This document shows, piece after piece, positions 20,731-32,157 of a stretch of 64,000 nucleotides of DNA (position 1 is its first letter; each line of letters begins with the position of its first letter). Position numbers and translations under genes: made by a program. The notes below the pieces were generated by a model. That model had not been told where the DNA came from and did not search any database. It saw only the letters and a program-made list of their open reading frames with translations. The DNA comes from a bacterium. GTDB taxonomy: Bacteria; UBA8248; JACPRG01; G963555815. The stretch lies in assembly GCA_965261595.1 (NCBI GenBank), contig CBDHDG010000006.1:224001-288000 (forward strand). Direction: 5' to 3'.

Positions 20731-21636
20731 CTAATGCCGCTTGTCCAGAACGATGTCCACGCCGACCGACCCCACGGGAACCGGCTTCGCGCCGCTTCCT
20801 TCCAGGTCGCCGGGCTGAACGCCTACGCGGCCGTCCCCGTCCAGGCGGACCTTCACGCTTACGCTCCCCTGGAACAGCATCCCCTGAATCATCACGTCCC
20901 CCTCGGACACCCGGTAGCGCATCGGAAAACCCGTGTTGGCCACCCGCTTGACGGCCAGCGGCGGAACGCCCGTCTGGCCCGCGGGACGGACGACGATGAA
21001 GACCACCCCGCCCTTGGGCGGCGGGCCGAGCGCCGGGGCGACGGTGATCGCGCCTGAGATGGACTTGGCGGAGGCGGCTCTGGTCCCGGCGGGGACTGCC
21101 TGCTTCAACCGGGCGGACCTCGCATCGCTTCCGGCCCTCCCCTTCCCCCTCGATTTCCGGGCAAACCGGATCGGGACTTTCTTTTGAATCAGAATGTCCA
21201 CGCCTTGCCGCCCCCCTCCCCCCCCCGGGGCGCTTTCCTTCGACCTCCCCTCCAACGCGAAGGGCTTTGCCGTATCCTCGCTCAGCTCATCCCCGATGAT
21301 CCGGGCCGAGATCACCAGAGACCCGGAAAGACCGCCGCGCCCTGATTTCACGTCGAGCTTGCCGAGGAAATATCTCAAGGGGAATTTCGGGTTCCGGACC
21401 CGCTGCTCGGCCACCAGGGAGGCCTGTCCGCCGGACTTGGCCCCCGATCCCGCCACGCGGGCCTGGATGATGAGCAGAGGGTTCCGCGGGACCTCGGAGG
21501 CCAATTCCGGCGTGACGCGGATCTCTCCGGAAACCACATTGCTGTCGTCCCCCCCCCCTCCCCCGCATCCCGAAACAAGCAAAACAAGGGCGGCGCCGAT
21601 GGAGCGCCAAAAAGCCGGCCGCATGCTGAATTTCAT
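20731..21636 (-). CDS. Lipoprotein with two CycH/CcmI C-terminal Ig-like domains
   Basis: Lipobox VSGC. Repeats of I.G.I.V...FI..R...PLAVKR....FP.RY...D and VRLDGDG...PGDLEG. Confidence 0.6.
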   Translation of the reverse strand: MKFSMRPAFWRSIGAALVLLVSGCGGGGGDDSNVVSGEIRVTPELASEVPRNPLLIIQARVAGSGAKSGGQASLVAEQRVRNPKFPLRYFLGKLDVKSGRGGLSGSLVISARIIGDELSEDTAKPFALEGRSKESAPGGGGGRQGVDILIQKKVPIRFARKSRGKGRAGSDARSARLKQAVPAGTRAASAKSISGAITVAPALGPPPKGGVVFIVVRPAGQTGVPPLAVKRVANTGFPMRYRVSEGDVMIQGMLFQGSVSVKVRLDGDGRVGVQPGDLEGSGAKPVPVGSVGVDIVLDKRH

Positions 21637-21872
21637 GTCTCCCAAAGTAATTCCTCTCCCCGCTCCCGGACGAACGCGAAAATCGCCCGAAGATTCAGTT
21701 GATGGCCGGGTGGGCGCGTGCTATAACCGCCATTGTTCGCAACCATTCACGATAGCGCCCGGCGAAAAAATCGCAAGGTCTTTATCGTCCGGGCAAAGTT
21801 GAATCGGGGCATTCCGAGGCCCCGCCGGCCGATGTTGCGTCCGCCCTTCGGCGGGCCACCGACTCGATAGGC

Positions 21873-23888
21873 ATGCCGATGGCTTCCGTCGATGACCTCC
21901 ACTCCATCCCCCTCTTTCAGAACCTGACGGAAGACGATCTCGCCCTCGTCGCCCCGCAAATCTCCTCGCGGAGGCTTTCCAACGGCGAAACCCTTTTTCG
22001 CCACGGCGACCCGGGCGACAGCATGTACATTGTCCGCTTCGGCGAAGTGAACGTCATGATCCCCGACGCCGAGGGGCGCGAGCGCGTCCGGGCCCGGCTC
22101 GGCCGCAACGAGGTGTTCGGGGAAATGGCCCTCCTCACGGGCGACTCCCGATCCGCCACCATCATCGCCAACCTCGACACCGACCTCTACGTGCTCTCGC
22201 GAGACGGGTTTCACGAGCTCTTCCGCCGGCACCCGGCGATGGTGACGAACCTGCTGGACACCCTGATCCACCGGCTTCGGCGGACAAGCACCGGGGAGCG
22301 GGAGCGCGAAAAGATCCGGACCCTTTGCTGCCACAGCGCCCTGGGGGATTCGGACACGCGTTACCTTGCCACCCGCCTGTCGGCCCTTCTGGCAGGCGAA
22401 TCCGGAAAGAAGGTCGCGCTGTTGAACGTCAGTCTCCTTTCGGCGGATGGCAAAACCGTCGGGGGGGGGGGAGCGGCCGGATTCATGGGACAAACTGCTG
22501 CGGAACCTGGACCAGATAAACGAGCGGGAGATCCTCTCCTTCCTGTCTCCGACGGAGTTCGGCGTGGACGTTCTTCCGAACCCCTCCGCCGGGCAGATCG
22601 AAGCGTTCTCCCCGGACAGCGTCCCGCGACTGCTCAGCCTGTTGCGCGAGGCTTACGAATTCACCGTCATCGGAACGTCCGCGGAATCGTCCTCGAAGGC
22701 GTTTTGCCAAAAGGCCGTGGACCAGTCGGAACAACTGCTCTTCGCCCTCCCCTCGGAGGATCAAGCGGAAGCCCTCCGACAGTGGAACGAGCTTCAAAAC
22801 GCGGTTCCGTCCCTGGAGACAAAAACCCGGCTTGTCCTGCGCCGGGGGAAAGGAAATATCAAAGGGCTCTTCGACCGCGTAAAGTCCGGATTCGGCGCCG
22901 GGTTCGTTTATCAGGTTCCCGTCGATCCGGAGGCCGAGCGTCAATTTGCCGAAGATGGAGTCCCGCGCCTCGCATCGGGGCGGGACCAAACCGGAAGGGC
23001 CATGCGGCGGATCGCCCGGCGGACGGCCGGCGTCGCCGTGGGTTTCGCCCTCGGCGGCGGCGGCGCCAGGGGCCTGCCCACATCGGAGTTCTGGAAGTCT
23101 TCGAGAAGGAGGACATCCCCATCGACCTGGTGGGCGGAACGAGCATCGGCTCCATCGTGGCCGCCATGTACGCCAACGGGCACACCCCGGCTGAAATGAA
23201 AAATCTCTGCCAGACCCATATCGTCGATCGCAAGCCCCTCAACGATTACACCTTTCCGCGAACGGCCATCCTGAGAGGCCGGAAAGCGGAGCGCATCATG
23301 CGCGATATATACGGCGACGTCCTGATCGAGGAGCTTCCCATCCCGTATTTCTCCGTGGGGGCGGACTTGATCACGGGACGGGAGGTGATCCTCGATCAAG
23401 GCCCGCTCTGGGAGTCCGTCCGGGCCAGCATGTCCCTGCCCGGCGTTCTCCCCCCCTTTCGCTACCGCGACGAGTTCGCCCTGGTGGACGGCGGAGTGGC
23501 CAACAACGTCCCCGGCGACGTGCTGAAACACCGGGGAGCGGAGTTCTGCATCGCCGTCAACATCGCGCCGGAGCGGGGCTCTTATTTCAATTTCAACCTG
23601 CCCAAGCAACACGGCTGGTTCGGCCGTCTGTTGCGCAGAAATTCGGCCCTCAGAAACTTCCTCGACGCGCCCACCATCATGCGCGTCATCATGCGATCCA
23701 TCAACGTTTCGAGCATCGAGATCACCAACATGCGATCCCGAAACTTCGATGTTCATCTGCTCCCCGCCGTGGGCGAGTTCGACCTGTTCGACTTCGATAA
23801 GCTGGACACCCTCGTCGAGCGGGGCCGCGAGGCCGCCCAGGAACGCCTCGCGGAAATCCGGACCCTGTTGGAAACCCTTAAAGACTGA
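21873..23888 (+). CDS. cNMP-binding patatin-like phospholipase (NTE/RssA-like); two compensating frameshifts (~22465, ~23076)
   Basis: FGEMALL..RSAT cNMP domain. The true middle is the 22447-23199 frame, ending LGGGGARG[L]AHIG. GTSIG and DGG catalytic motifs present. Confidence 0.85.
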   Translation: MPMASVDDLHSIPLFQNLTEDDLALVAPQISSRRLSNGETLFRHGDPGDSMYIVRFGEVNVMIPDAEGRERVRARLGRNEVFGEMALLTGDSRSATIIANLDTDLYVLSRDGFHELFRRHPAMVTNLLDTLIHRLRRTSTGEREREKIRTLCCHSALGDSDTRYLATRLSALLAGESGKKVALLNVSLLSADGKTVGGGGAAGFMGQTAAEPGPDKRAGDPLLPVSDGVRRGRSSEPLRRADRSVLPGQRPATAQPVARGLRIHRHRNVRGIVLEGVLPKGRGPVGTTALRPPLGGSSGSPPTVERASKRGSVPGDKNPACPAPGERKYQRALRPRKVRIRRRVRLSGSRRSGGRASICRRWSPAPRIGAGPNRKGHAADRPADGRRRRGFRPRRRRRQGPAHIGVLEVFEKEDIPIDLVGGTSIGSIVAAMYANGHTPAEMKNLCQTHIVDRKPLNDYTFPRTAILRGRKAERIMRDIYGDVLIEELPIPYFSVGADLITGREVILDQGPLWESVRASMSLPGVLPPFRYRDEFALVDGGVANNVPGDVLKHRGAEFCIAVNIAPERGSYFNFNLPKQHGWFGRLLRRNSALRNFLDAPTIMRVIMRSINVSSIEITNMRSRNFDVHLLPAVGEFDLFDFDKLDTLVERGREAAQERLAEIRTLLETLKD

Positions 23889-23894
23889 CCCGCC

Positions 23895-26049
23895 TTGAAA
23901 AAATTCTCTTTCTACACTTATCGAGCGCTCGTCGTCCTGGTCTTCTGGACCCTCGTCATCATCCCGCTTCTTCTGCTCGCCTACGCCGGCTTCCACCGCA
24001 TCCGCTACTACATGAGCCGTTGGTGGGCCTACCGGGTGCTCTGGGCGGCGGGCGTCCGGTTGGAGATCCAGGGGCTCGAGAACCTCGAAGGCGGCGGTCC
24101 CTACGTATACGCCCCCAACCATCAAAGCTTTCCCCCGCTCTAGGGTTTTGTTGGACACTCGATTGATCCATGATTCATGGAGAAAGGGGTGTCGCGATGA
24201 ACGAACAAAAGCAAGAGGGGGCTTTGGCGGAGGGCGCCCGCAGGGCGAACGGAGCCAAGGCCCCAGGGCATCGCAGTGAGCGGGGTCGGTTCTCCTGCCA
24301 GCGCAAGCGGGAGGCGGTCCTGCGTCTTTTGCGGGGCGAGAGCCTGGAGACGCTCTGCCGCGAGTTGGGCACGACAGCGGCTCGGCTTTCCGCCTGGCGC
24401 GAGGCGTTCCTTCGCGGGGGCGAGGCGGCGCTCAAAGCCCGCCCGGCGGATGAGCGGGCCGAGGAGAACGCCCGGCTCAAGGCCAAGGTGGGCGAACTCA
24501 CGATGGAGGGCGAGGTCCTGCGGGAGAAGATCGACCGCCTGGAGGCCGGCCGCCCTTTAGCCGGCAGGAGGTGGAGGCGATGAGTCAGGCCCGCTTCACC
24601 TCCACGGGCAGAGCCTACGGCCTGAAGCGGGTGTGCGCCCTTTGGGGCTTGGCGCGCTCCACGGTCTACGCGCAACGGCGGCGAGAGGCGGTCCCCGTTC
24701 ATGAACGCCCCACGCCCAATAAGCGCGGCCCTGTGGGCCCGTGCACCGATGCGGAACTCCTCGGCCACATCCGGCAGGTCCTGGAGGACTCTCCCTTCCA
24801 TGGCGAGGGCTACCGCAAGGTGTGGGCGAGGCTGCGCTTCGCGGGCATCCGCACCAGCAAGGAGCGGGTGCGTCGCCTGATGCGGGAGGCGGGGCTTCAG
24901 GCCCCCCACCGGGTGGGCAAACCCCGAGGTCCCAAGGCCCACAACGGGACCATCCGCACCGAGCGGCCCGACCGAATGTGGGGCACGGACATGACGACGA
25001 CGGTGACCACCGAGGAGGGGGTGGCCTCGGTGGTCGTGGCGGTGGATCACTGCTCGGTGGACTGCGTGGGGATCCATGCGGCCAAGAGCGGCAACCGCTT
25101 CGAGGCCCTGGAGCCGATCCGGCAGGGGGTCGCCGAGCGCTTCGCCGGCTTGGAGGCGGACGTCGCCGAGGGGCTTAAAGTTCGTCACGACCACGGCCCC
25201 GCCTATCTGTCCGATGACTTTCAGCGGGAGATCGCCTACCTGGGCATGACCAGTTCGCCCAGCTTCGTGCGGGCGCCCGAGGGAAATGGCTACTGTGAGT
25301 GGTTTATCCGCATCTTGAAGGAGAATCTCCTGTGGGTGCGCTCTTTCGCCACCGTAGAGGAACTGCGGTGGGCGCTGCTTGAGTTCAAGAACCTGTACAA
25401 CCATCATTGGATTCTCGAGGGCTACGGCTACCGAACGCCGGCCCAGGCAAGGCAGGAAAAACTCGCTCAAGTTGCGGAGGCCGCATGAGGTCGAATACCC
25501 TCACCCGAGTGTCCAATAACCCAGGGGCGGTCCAGCTTCATGGACGTCCCCATCATCCTGCGCGCCCTGCCCATCCAGTTCCGGATGCTGGCCAAGCAGG
25601 AGCTCTTCGATGTCCCGGTGCTTGGATTCGCCATCGGTCTGATGGGGACGATCGGAATCAACCGGGCAAACCGGCGCGAGGCCGTGAAGAGCCTCAGACT
25701 GGCCGAGAAGATGGTCAAAAACGGCGAAAACCTCCTCATCTTCCCGGAAGGAAAACTCTCGGAGACGGAAACCTTCGAAAAGTTCAAGAAGGGCGCGTTC
25801 CTGATTGCCAAGCGCTTGAAGGTCCCGGTCGTCCCGGTCTGCATCGCCGGGGCGCATCGAATCCTCCCCCGAGGCAGCCGCGCCATCCGACCCGGCCGGG
25901 TGAAGGTCATTGTCCTGAAACCCCGGCGGATCGAGGACGACCTGGACAAGGTGGCCGCCTCTTTGCAAACCGAGATCGAGGGCGTGTTCAAAGAAGCTGT
26001 CCGGGACCTGGATGACCGGCCCCGGATGTTTCGGCTTTCTCCGATTTGA
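23895..26049 (+). pseudogene. plsC: 1-acyl-sn-glycerol-3-phosphate acyltransferase interrupted by IS3 copy 3
   Basis: Halves rejoin as APNHQSFMDVP across the GCTT duplication. IFPEG and FKKGAF motifs. Confidence 0.88.
24131..25534 (+). mobile_element. IS3-family element (1404 bp), copy 3
   Basis: Near-identical to copy 1. 4-bp duplication GCTT (24127-24130, 25535-25538). Confidence 0.95.
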
Positions 26050-26411
26050 CCCGCCCCCCCCCTCCCCCCGCAAAACCCGCGTCATCCCTGGTTCCCAAAA
26101 ACAGCCGAGAAGGCGCAAAATATGAGATTGACCTAGTGTTAACAGGGTTTGCAATGAAAAGAGGAATAAGGGAAATCCATGGGGCCTTCTGGACAATACC
26201 GTTAATCCCGTGTACACATACCTTGACCACCTTGTTAAAAAAGCATCCTGCCAAACTCGAAAATCCGGCTATATAGTCAATCAGGTCAATTGGTTATGGA
26301 TATTCTGAATCCGAACGCCCAACCGCGAGGTTATCGGTACGCTGTTTGAAATGGATCCTCTTGAATAGATCTTTGCTGAATTAAGTGATGTTGGGAGGTT
26401 TTCAGGTGAAA

Positions 26412-27215
26412 ATGCGTTTCTTGTTCGGCCCTCCCCTTGTTTCTCTCGTCCTGCTGATCCCGCCCGCTCCCTCCGCGGACGCCCAGCTTTACCGGCCCCT
26501 GATCCCATTCAAGTCCGTCTCCAAAAAGGAGCACCGGACCCGGTTGAGCAACCTGGCGAAGGAATACACCCTCTACCGGGAGCTGCCCCCTATGGTCATC
26601 CAAGGAAACCGGGAGCAGTTCGAGTTCCTGTTGGACCAGTTGGATCTAACGACGCTCATCGTCAGGAATTTGAGCCTCGGCAAGCAACAGCTCCGGAGGA
26701 ATTCGCCCATCGAATGGACGGGCGACGACGGCGAAGGTCTGAGCGGCCGGATGACCCTCATCCACCGGGAAAAGACCAAGCGGATCTATCTGGCCCGCGG
26801 CAGGTTGAAGGGCCTTTTCTTCTTCCCCATCCACGGCCGGGCGGTCATCGTGGCGAACCGGGTCGCCCGCGATCGGCAGACGCACAACCTCCATCTCACC
26901 CTCTACGTCAAACTCGACAACCGGTTTCTCGATGTGATAACACACGTCTTCTCACCGCTCCTGAGCGGGGCGGTCACCGGACGGATCTCCAAATTCCTCG
27001 CGGCGACCAGCATCGCCAGCCGGGCCATCCATGAAGATCCGGAGCGGATCTATCGGATCATCAGGAACGCCGAGGAGCTGGAAGAAGAAAGAAAGAACCA
27101 GTTCTCCTCCCTTTTTCTGAACCGGGCGGCGGCCGAACCTCCCGGCGGCGAATCGAACGTCCAACCGGTGAGCGCCCCATCCGGCCCGGCGCCGCGTGAA
27201 AAACTCCCGAAATGA
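26412..27215 (+). CDS. Exported hypothetical protein
   Basis: Long ORF with a signal-peptide-like start. ATGA overlap with the kinase gene. Confidence 0.6.
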   Translation: MRFLFGPPLVSLVLLIPPAPSADAQLYRPLIPFKSVSKKEHRTRLSNLAKEYTLYRELPPMVIQGNREQFEFLLDQLDLTTLIVRNLSLGKQQLRRNSPIEWTGDDGEGLSGRMTLIHREKTKRIYLARGRLKGLFFFPIHGRAVIVANRVARDRQTHNLHLTLYVKLDNRFLDVITHVFSPLLSGAVTGRISKFLAATSIASRAIHEDPERIYRIIRNAEELEEERKNQFSSLFLNRAAAEPPGGESNVQPVSAPSGPAPREKLPK

Positions 27216-28783
27216 CCCCCATGGAACCGGGCCACGCTCACATCCCGCAACGGAAGGCCGCCCTACGGCTTCCCGCCCTGCCCCCCCTGCACCGTCCGGC
27301 GGGCCTCGCCCGGCGCTGGGTGGCCTATGTCCTCGACCTGGCCCTCTCGCTGATCTTCACCTTCGGTTGGGCCGCGGGCGTCATTCTCTTCGTCTTCTTG
27401 GTAAACACCCTCCTGGACCTGAACCTTTGGGGGCTGATGCGCTACGGGCGAAACGCCGCTTTGACGATCGGGCTTTTCCTGATGCTGTTCGCGATTCCGT
27501 ACGCGGGGTATTACATCCTCCCGCTTCACAGGACGGGCAGAACCGCCGGCTTCGTGTTCCTTCACCTGCGGATGATCCGCCGGGAGGAAGGCCCTTCCGT
27601 CGAAACGGGCCGTGGGCGCACCTTCGGCCGAATCGGAATTCACCGGGCTTTCCTGGCGGCCCTTCCCGCCCTGCTGGCGGGCATCGTCGCGCTCTCCCTG
27701 TTGCCGGACGCAACCGACAGACCCACCACCCCGGCGCTGCTCAACGCCCTCCGACTCCCGACAACGCTCATCTGCGCCTTTCTTCTCCTGACCCAAATCC
27801 TCGACCGGCTCCGGAGTCAGGCCGTCACGCTGGGCGTCCACGAGCGGCTCGCCCGGGTCCAGGTCGTCCGCGAGCCCCGGCTTCGGGAGTTGATGGAGCG
27901 GGAACGGCGGGTCACCGAGGCCCACATCGCCGGCGGAATGGCCCATGAAATACGCAACGCCCTGGGCACGGCCAGGCTCCAGCTCGACCACGCGGCCGAG
28001 CGGGAGCGCGCGGGGCGGGCCCGGGAGTCCCTGGAAGACATCCTGAAATCGCTCACCCGGTCCTCTGAAAACACGCCGGACCTGGAAGGGCTGAAGCGCG
28101 CCGTCGCGGGCGTCCGCCGGATCCATGAGGACGCCAAGCGCCAAGGGCGCGCCCTGGAGGAGGTTTCCGCCGCGGTGGATCGCGGCTTGGCCATCACGAG
28201 CCGCGTGATGGATTATTCCAAGCTTCAGCCCTCGATCCCGAAGCCGGGGGAGTCCCCCGCCACAGAGCCGAGACGGCTCGTGGCCGAGTTGGTCGAGAGC
28301 TACCGCGAGGCCCTGGAGCGCGAAGGGATTCGGATCCGCATGGACCTTGGGGCCACCCGGGCCATACCGGCCGATGCCGGGGATTGTTATTCCGTCTTTC
28401 AGAATCTGCTTTTGAACGCCCTGGACGCAATCCGCGAAAAGCGAAAACAGGCCGGGACCGCCGCGCCCGATGGAGCGGGGCCGTCCGGGACAATCCGAAT
28501 CTCCTCGGGAGACGCGGGCCGCGTCTGGATCCGGATCGAAGACGACGGCGTGGGCATTCCGCCTGAACACCTCGAGCGCATCTTCGATCCTTTCTACTCC
28601 ACCAAGCCTTCTCTGGGCATGGGGCTGGGGTTGAATGAATGCCGCCGAATTGTGGACCTGTACGGTGGAGAGATCCAGGTCGAATCCGAGGCCGGCGCGG
28701 GAACGCGGTTCAACGTTTTGTGGCCCGCCGTGGAATCCTCCCGCGAAAACGGACGCCGAAAAACCCCGGGAACGGACGCGTGA
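27212..28783 (+). CDS. Sensor histidine kinase with N-terminal RDD-like membrane domain
   Basis: LARRWVAYVLD, GRTAG, HERLARVQVV (RDD-like). AHEIRNAL H-box, NLLLNALDA, DDGVGI, FDPFYSTK, GMGLGL. Confidence 0.85.
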   Translation: MTPMEPGHAHIPQRKAALRLPALPPLHRPAGLARRWVAYVLDLALSLIFTFGWAAGVILFVFLVNTLLDLNLWGLMRYGRNAALTIGLFLMLFAIPYAGYYILPLHRTGRTAGFVFLHLRMIRREEGPSVETGRGRTFGRIGIHRAFLAALPALLAGIVALSLLPDATDRPTTPALLNALRLPTTLICAFLLLTQILDRLRSQAVTLGVHERLARVQVVREPRLRELMERERRVTEAHIAGGMAHEIRNALGTARLQLDHAAERERAGRARESLEDILKSLTRSSENTPDLEGLKRAVAGVRRIHEDAKRQGRALEEVSAAVDRGLAITSRVMDYSKLQPSIPKPGESPATEPRRLVAELVESYREALEREGIRIRMDLGATRAIPADAGDCYSVFQNLLLNALDAIREKRKQAGTAAPDGAGPSGTIRISSGDAGRVWIRIEDDGVGIPPEHLERIFDPFYSTKPSLGMGLGLNECRRIVDLYGGEIQVESEAGAGTRFNVLWPAVESSRENGRRKTPGTDA

Positions 28784-29274
28784 AGAACCCGGACGCCTTC
28801 GAGGGAGCGTTGAGCCGGATGGAAGCCGCCCTCGGTCTCCACCCGGAAAACCATGAACCGCCAGAGACCGCGGACCGTACGCACCGGCCGGTCGTCCTCG
28901 TCATCGACGACGACCCGCGCGTGCTCGACACCTTGGCGGAAGTCCTGGGAAACCGGTGGCGGGTGAAAACCTACACCGGGGGAGAAGACCTCCGCGCGCG
29001 CTGGAACGCTCAGGGTGAAGGCGGAGGGAATGCGGCCATTCTCGATATCAAGATGCCGAAAGAGGACGGCCTGTCGGTCTTTCACGACCTTCGGCGCCTG
29101 GCCCCCCGGATGCCCATTTTGTTCTACACCGCCTATCCGGGGGATGAAGAAGCGGTGGAGCGGGCGCGCGCGCTCGGCCCGGCCGCTTTTTTGGGAAAGG
29201 GTTGTTCGCTCCATGCCCTGAGCGAGGCCCTGCGCGGGGTGATCCAACCCGACGGGGAATCGCGCGGGACCTGA
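28780..29274 (+). CDS. Single-domain response regulator
   Basis: VLVIDDD, ILDIKMP..DG, ILFYTAY, FLGKG. GTGA overlap with the kinase stop. Confidence 0.85.
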   Translation: MKNPDAFEGALSRMEAALGLHPENHEPPETADRTHRPVVLVIDDDPRVLDTLAEVLGNRWRVKTYTGGEDLRARWNAQGEGGGNAAILDIKMPKEDGLSVFHDLRRLAPRMPILFYTAYPGDEEAVERARALGPAAFLGKGCSLHALSEALRGVIQPDGESRGT

Positions 29275-29288
29275 CCGAGAGGGGATCC

Positions 29289-30826
29289 ATGTCCAAGGAT
29301 TTCGAGGACCTGCTTCACCGGGCCGCCGAAGACCTCGGTCTGCCCGAAACCGAGACCCCGGACGCCGAGTCGGCTTCCGCGGCCCGCCCGCGCGTCATGG
29401 TCGTGGATGATGACCCGGGCATGCGCCGGGCCCTGGCCGACGCGCTGGAAGAGCGCTGCGCGTTGCTGAACTGTCCCGACGGGATCGCGGCGGTGGAGAA
29501 CATCTCCGACGACGTGGACGCCGTCATCCTGGACATCAAGATGGCCGGCATGGACGGTCTCGCAACCTTCGATGAGCTCCGGGCGCGCGCCCCCCACGTC
29601 CCGATCATCTTCAACACCGGCCACCCGGGGGACTATCCCGAAGAGGACCTGGTCGGGGCCCGCGAGCCGTTCGGCTACATCACCAAAGGAGAGCCGAAAA
29701 TCCTGTTCGCCCTGTTGAAAAGCGCCATCCGGCACCACCGGCTCATCCAGCGGGAGGCCTCCCTCAACCACCACCTGGAACACCTCCTCGAAGAGCGGGG
29801 CGCGGAGAACACCCGCCTCCAACGCGCGGTGCAAGACCGTTACCGCTTTGACCGGATCATCGGCCGAAGCCCCGCCTTGCGCCGGGTTTTTGATCTCATG
29901 GCCAAGGTCATCGAAAGCGACTCGACGGTCCTCATCACCGGGGAGACCGGGACCGGCAAAGAGCTCGTGGCCCAGGCCATCCACTACAATTCTTTCAGGC
30001 GCGCCGGCCGGTTCATCGTCCAGAACTGCGGCGCCCTTCCCGAAGCTCTCCTGGGCAGCGAGCTCTTCGGACACCGGAAGGGGGCCTTCACCGGCGCGAT
30101 CGCCGACAAAAAGGGCCTGTTCGAAGCGGCCCACACGGGAACAATTTTCCTCGACGAGATCGCCGAGACCTCTCCCGCCGTCCAAGTCAACCTGCTCCGT
30201 GTGCTTCAGGACGGGGAGATCCGCCCCATCGGCGACACCCTGACCCGCCGGGTGGACGCCCGGGTGATCGCCGCCACCCACCGGGACCTGTCCGAGGAGG
30301 TGCGCGAAGGCCGCTTTCGGGAAGACCTCTTCTACCGGCTGAACGTCATCCCCATTCCGCTCCCCGCCCTGAGGGAGCGCCGTGAGGACATCCCCCTCCT
30401 GGCCCAGCATTTTCTCGAGGAGACCTCGAAGCGCACGGGCAAGCGCCCGCCCGGGATCCACCCGGACGCCCTCAACTGCCTGACGGCGTACGACTTTCCG
30501 GGCAACATCCGGGAATTGGAGAACGAGATCGAGCGGGCGGTCGCCCTCGCCGACGATGGATCGCCCGTCACGCCGGACCAGTTTTCCGCGGCCGTGCGCC
30601 GCGCCGGGCTCCATGCGCCGAAAGCCGCGTCCCCCTCTCCCAGTCCCTGGACGGCGACGCCCCCGTCCGGGGAAAGCTCCGCGACGCCGTCGAGGCCCTC
30701 GAGAAGAACATGCTCAATCAGGCCCTTGAGGAGCACAACGGAAACCGGACCCACACGGCCGCGGCCCTCGGACTCAGCCGGCTGGGGCTCCTCAAGAAGA
30801 TCCGGCGGTACGAGCTCGAAGGGTGA
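29289..30826 (+). CDS. NtrC-family sigma54-dependent response regulator; frameshift near 30640-30665
   Basis: REC domain, [29 protein letters not shown]. The Fis HTH ([30 protein letters not shown]) is in another frame, ending at 30826. Confidence 0.88.
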
Positions 30827-30911
30827 CGGCGGCGCCCCGCGATTTCGGGAGGCCCGGAGGTGTGCTAAAATATTCTCGAAAGGAACAGCGCCGGATTGGG
30901 GAATATCTCCC

Positions 30912-31445
30912 ATGAACCTCGTGATGAAATCCCGGACCCGCCGCGTCACGCGGACCGCGTTCATTTTCGCGGCCCCTCTCTGGGCTGCCTTCCTCGCGGG
31001 CGACGGCGGGGCCGAATCGACGGATGCCTCCGGCGGCGCCGAGATCACGAACCGCCAATACCTCGAGTTCACCCTGGCGACCGGAAGAGCCGTCCCCGAG
31101 TCCTGGGCGGGGAAGACATTCCCCAAGGGCTCGGCCGATCGGCCGGTCACGCTGGTCGATTGGTACGACGCCCGGGATTACTGCGCGTGGCGGGGCAAGC
31201 GGCTCCCGAGCCGGGAGGAATGGAAGAACGCCTGCCGCGCCGATGGGTTTCCAAAAAGGGGCGACATCTGGGAGTGGACCCGCTCCGACGAGAACGGCTG
31301 GAAGCTGCTGTGCGGGCCGATGGGGACGTGCGAGTGCACGCACCGCTACCGGCCCGAATGGAAGAACGCCGTCAAGGGGTTCCGCTGCGTGGGCGACCCG
31401 CCGCTCGCCCTGTTCATCCAGACCACCGGGGAGGCGTCTCCGTGA
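30912..31445 (+). CDS. Small exported FGE/SUMF1-domain protein
   Basis: EITNRQYLEF, PVTLVDWYDARDYCAW.GKRLPS.EEW, WEWT, GFRCV. Confidence 0.75.
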   Translation: MNLVMKSRTRRVTRTAFIFAAPLWAAFLAGDGGAESTDASGGAEITNRQYLEFTLATGRAVPESWAGKTFPKGSADRPVTLVDWYDARDYCAWRGKRLPSREEWKNACRADGFPKRGDIWEWTRSDENGWKLLCGPMGTCECTHRYRPEWKNAVKGFRCVGDPPLALFIQTTGEASP

Positions 31446-32149
31446 AGAAAAATTTACTCATGGCCGGATCGGTTCTTGCCGTTTTATTGATTGGAGCACC
31501 CGACCGGCTCGTCTCCGCCAAGTTGCGCGAGACCTTGTCCGCACAGGCACAAAAGCCCTCGAACCGGGACCGTAAGGAGCGCCTGATGAAGGCCCTGAAA
31601 GAATTGAACAACCCGGACCCGGACACCCGGCAAAGCGCCGTCGAGCACCTGGGTCAGATGGGCGATATGTCGGTGGTTGAGCCGCTGGCCTCCTCGTTGG
31701 CCGACGCCCACCCGGAAGTCCGCGCCCAGGCCGAAAAGTCGATGTGGCTGATCTGGCTCCGCTCCGGCGAGCCGGAGACGGACAAGATCCTCTACCTCGG
31801 CATGGAGCTCATAGCGGCGGGGCAGCTTCAGAACGCCATCCATGCGTTCACACGCGTGATCGAGCGCGCGCCGAATTTCGCGGAAGGGTACAACAAACGG
31901 GCGACCGCGTTCTATCTGGCCGGCCAGTTCGAGAAATCCATCGTCGACTGCGACGCCACGATCCGGATGAATCCCCACCATTTCGGGGCCCTGTTCGGAA
32001 AGGGGCTCAATTACGTCCGGCTGAACGATCTGTCCAAGGCCCTGGAGGCCTTCCGGAAGACCTTGCGGGTTCTCCCTTATTCCGAATCCGCGAAAAACAT
32101 GGCCGAGGCCATCGAGCGCAAGATCAAGTCAGGAGGGACCGAGCTTTGA
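31442..32149 (+). CDS. Exported HEAT + TPR repeat protein
   Basis: L.NPDPDTRQSAVEHLG, AEKSMWLIW..SG, APNFAEGYNKRAT, NPHHFGALFG. Confidence 0.8.
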   Translation: MKKNLLMAGSVLAVLLIGAPDRLVSAKLRETLSAQAQKPSNRDRKERLMKALKELNNPDPDTRQSAVEHLGQMGDMSVVEPLASSLADAHPEVRAQAEKSMWLIWLRSGEPETDKILYLGMELIAAGQLQNAIHAFTRVIERAPNFAEGYNKRATAFYLAGQFEKSIVDCDATIRMNPHHFGALFGKGLNYVRLNDLSKALEAFRKTLRVLPYSESAKNMAEAIERKIKSGGTEL

Positions 32150-32157
32150 AAGGGCCG

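Noticed and set aside
29202..31445. 747-aa fusion of sigma54 activator and FGE domain
   Set aside because: Artefact of a frameshift: the activator's Fis HTH ends at 30826 in another frame, and the FGE gene has its own signal peptide.
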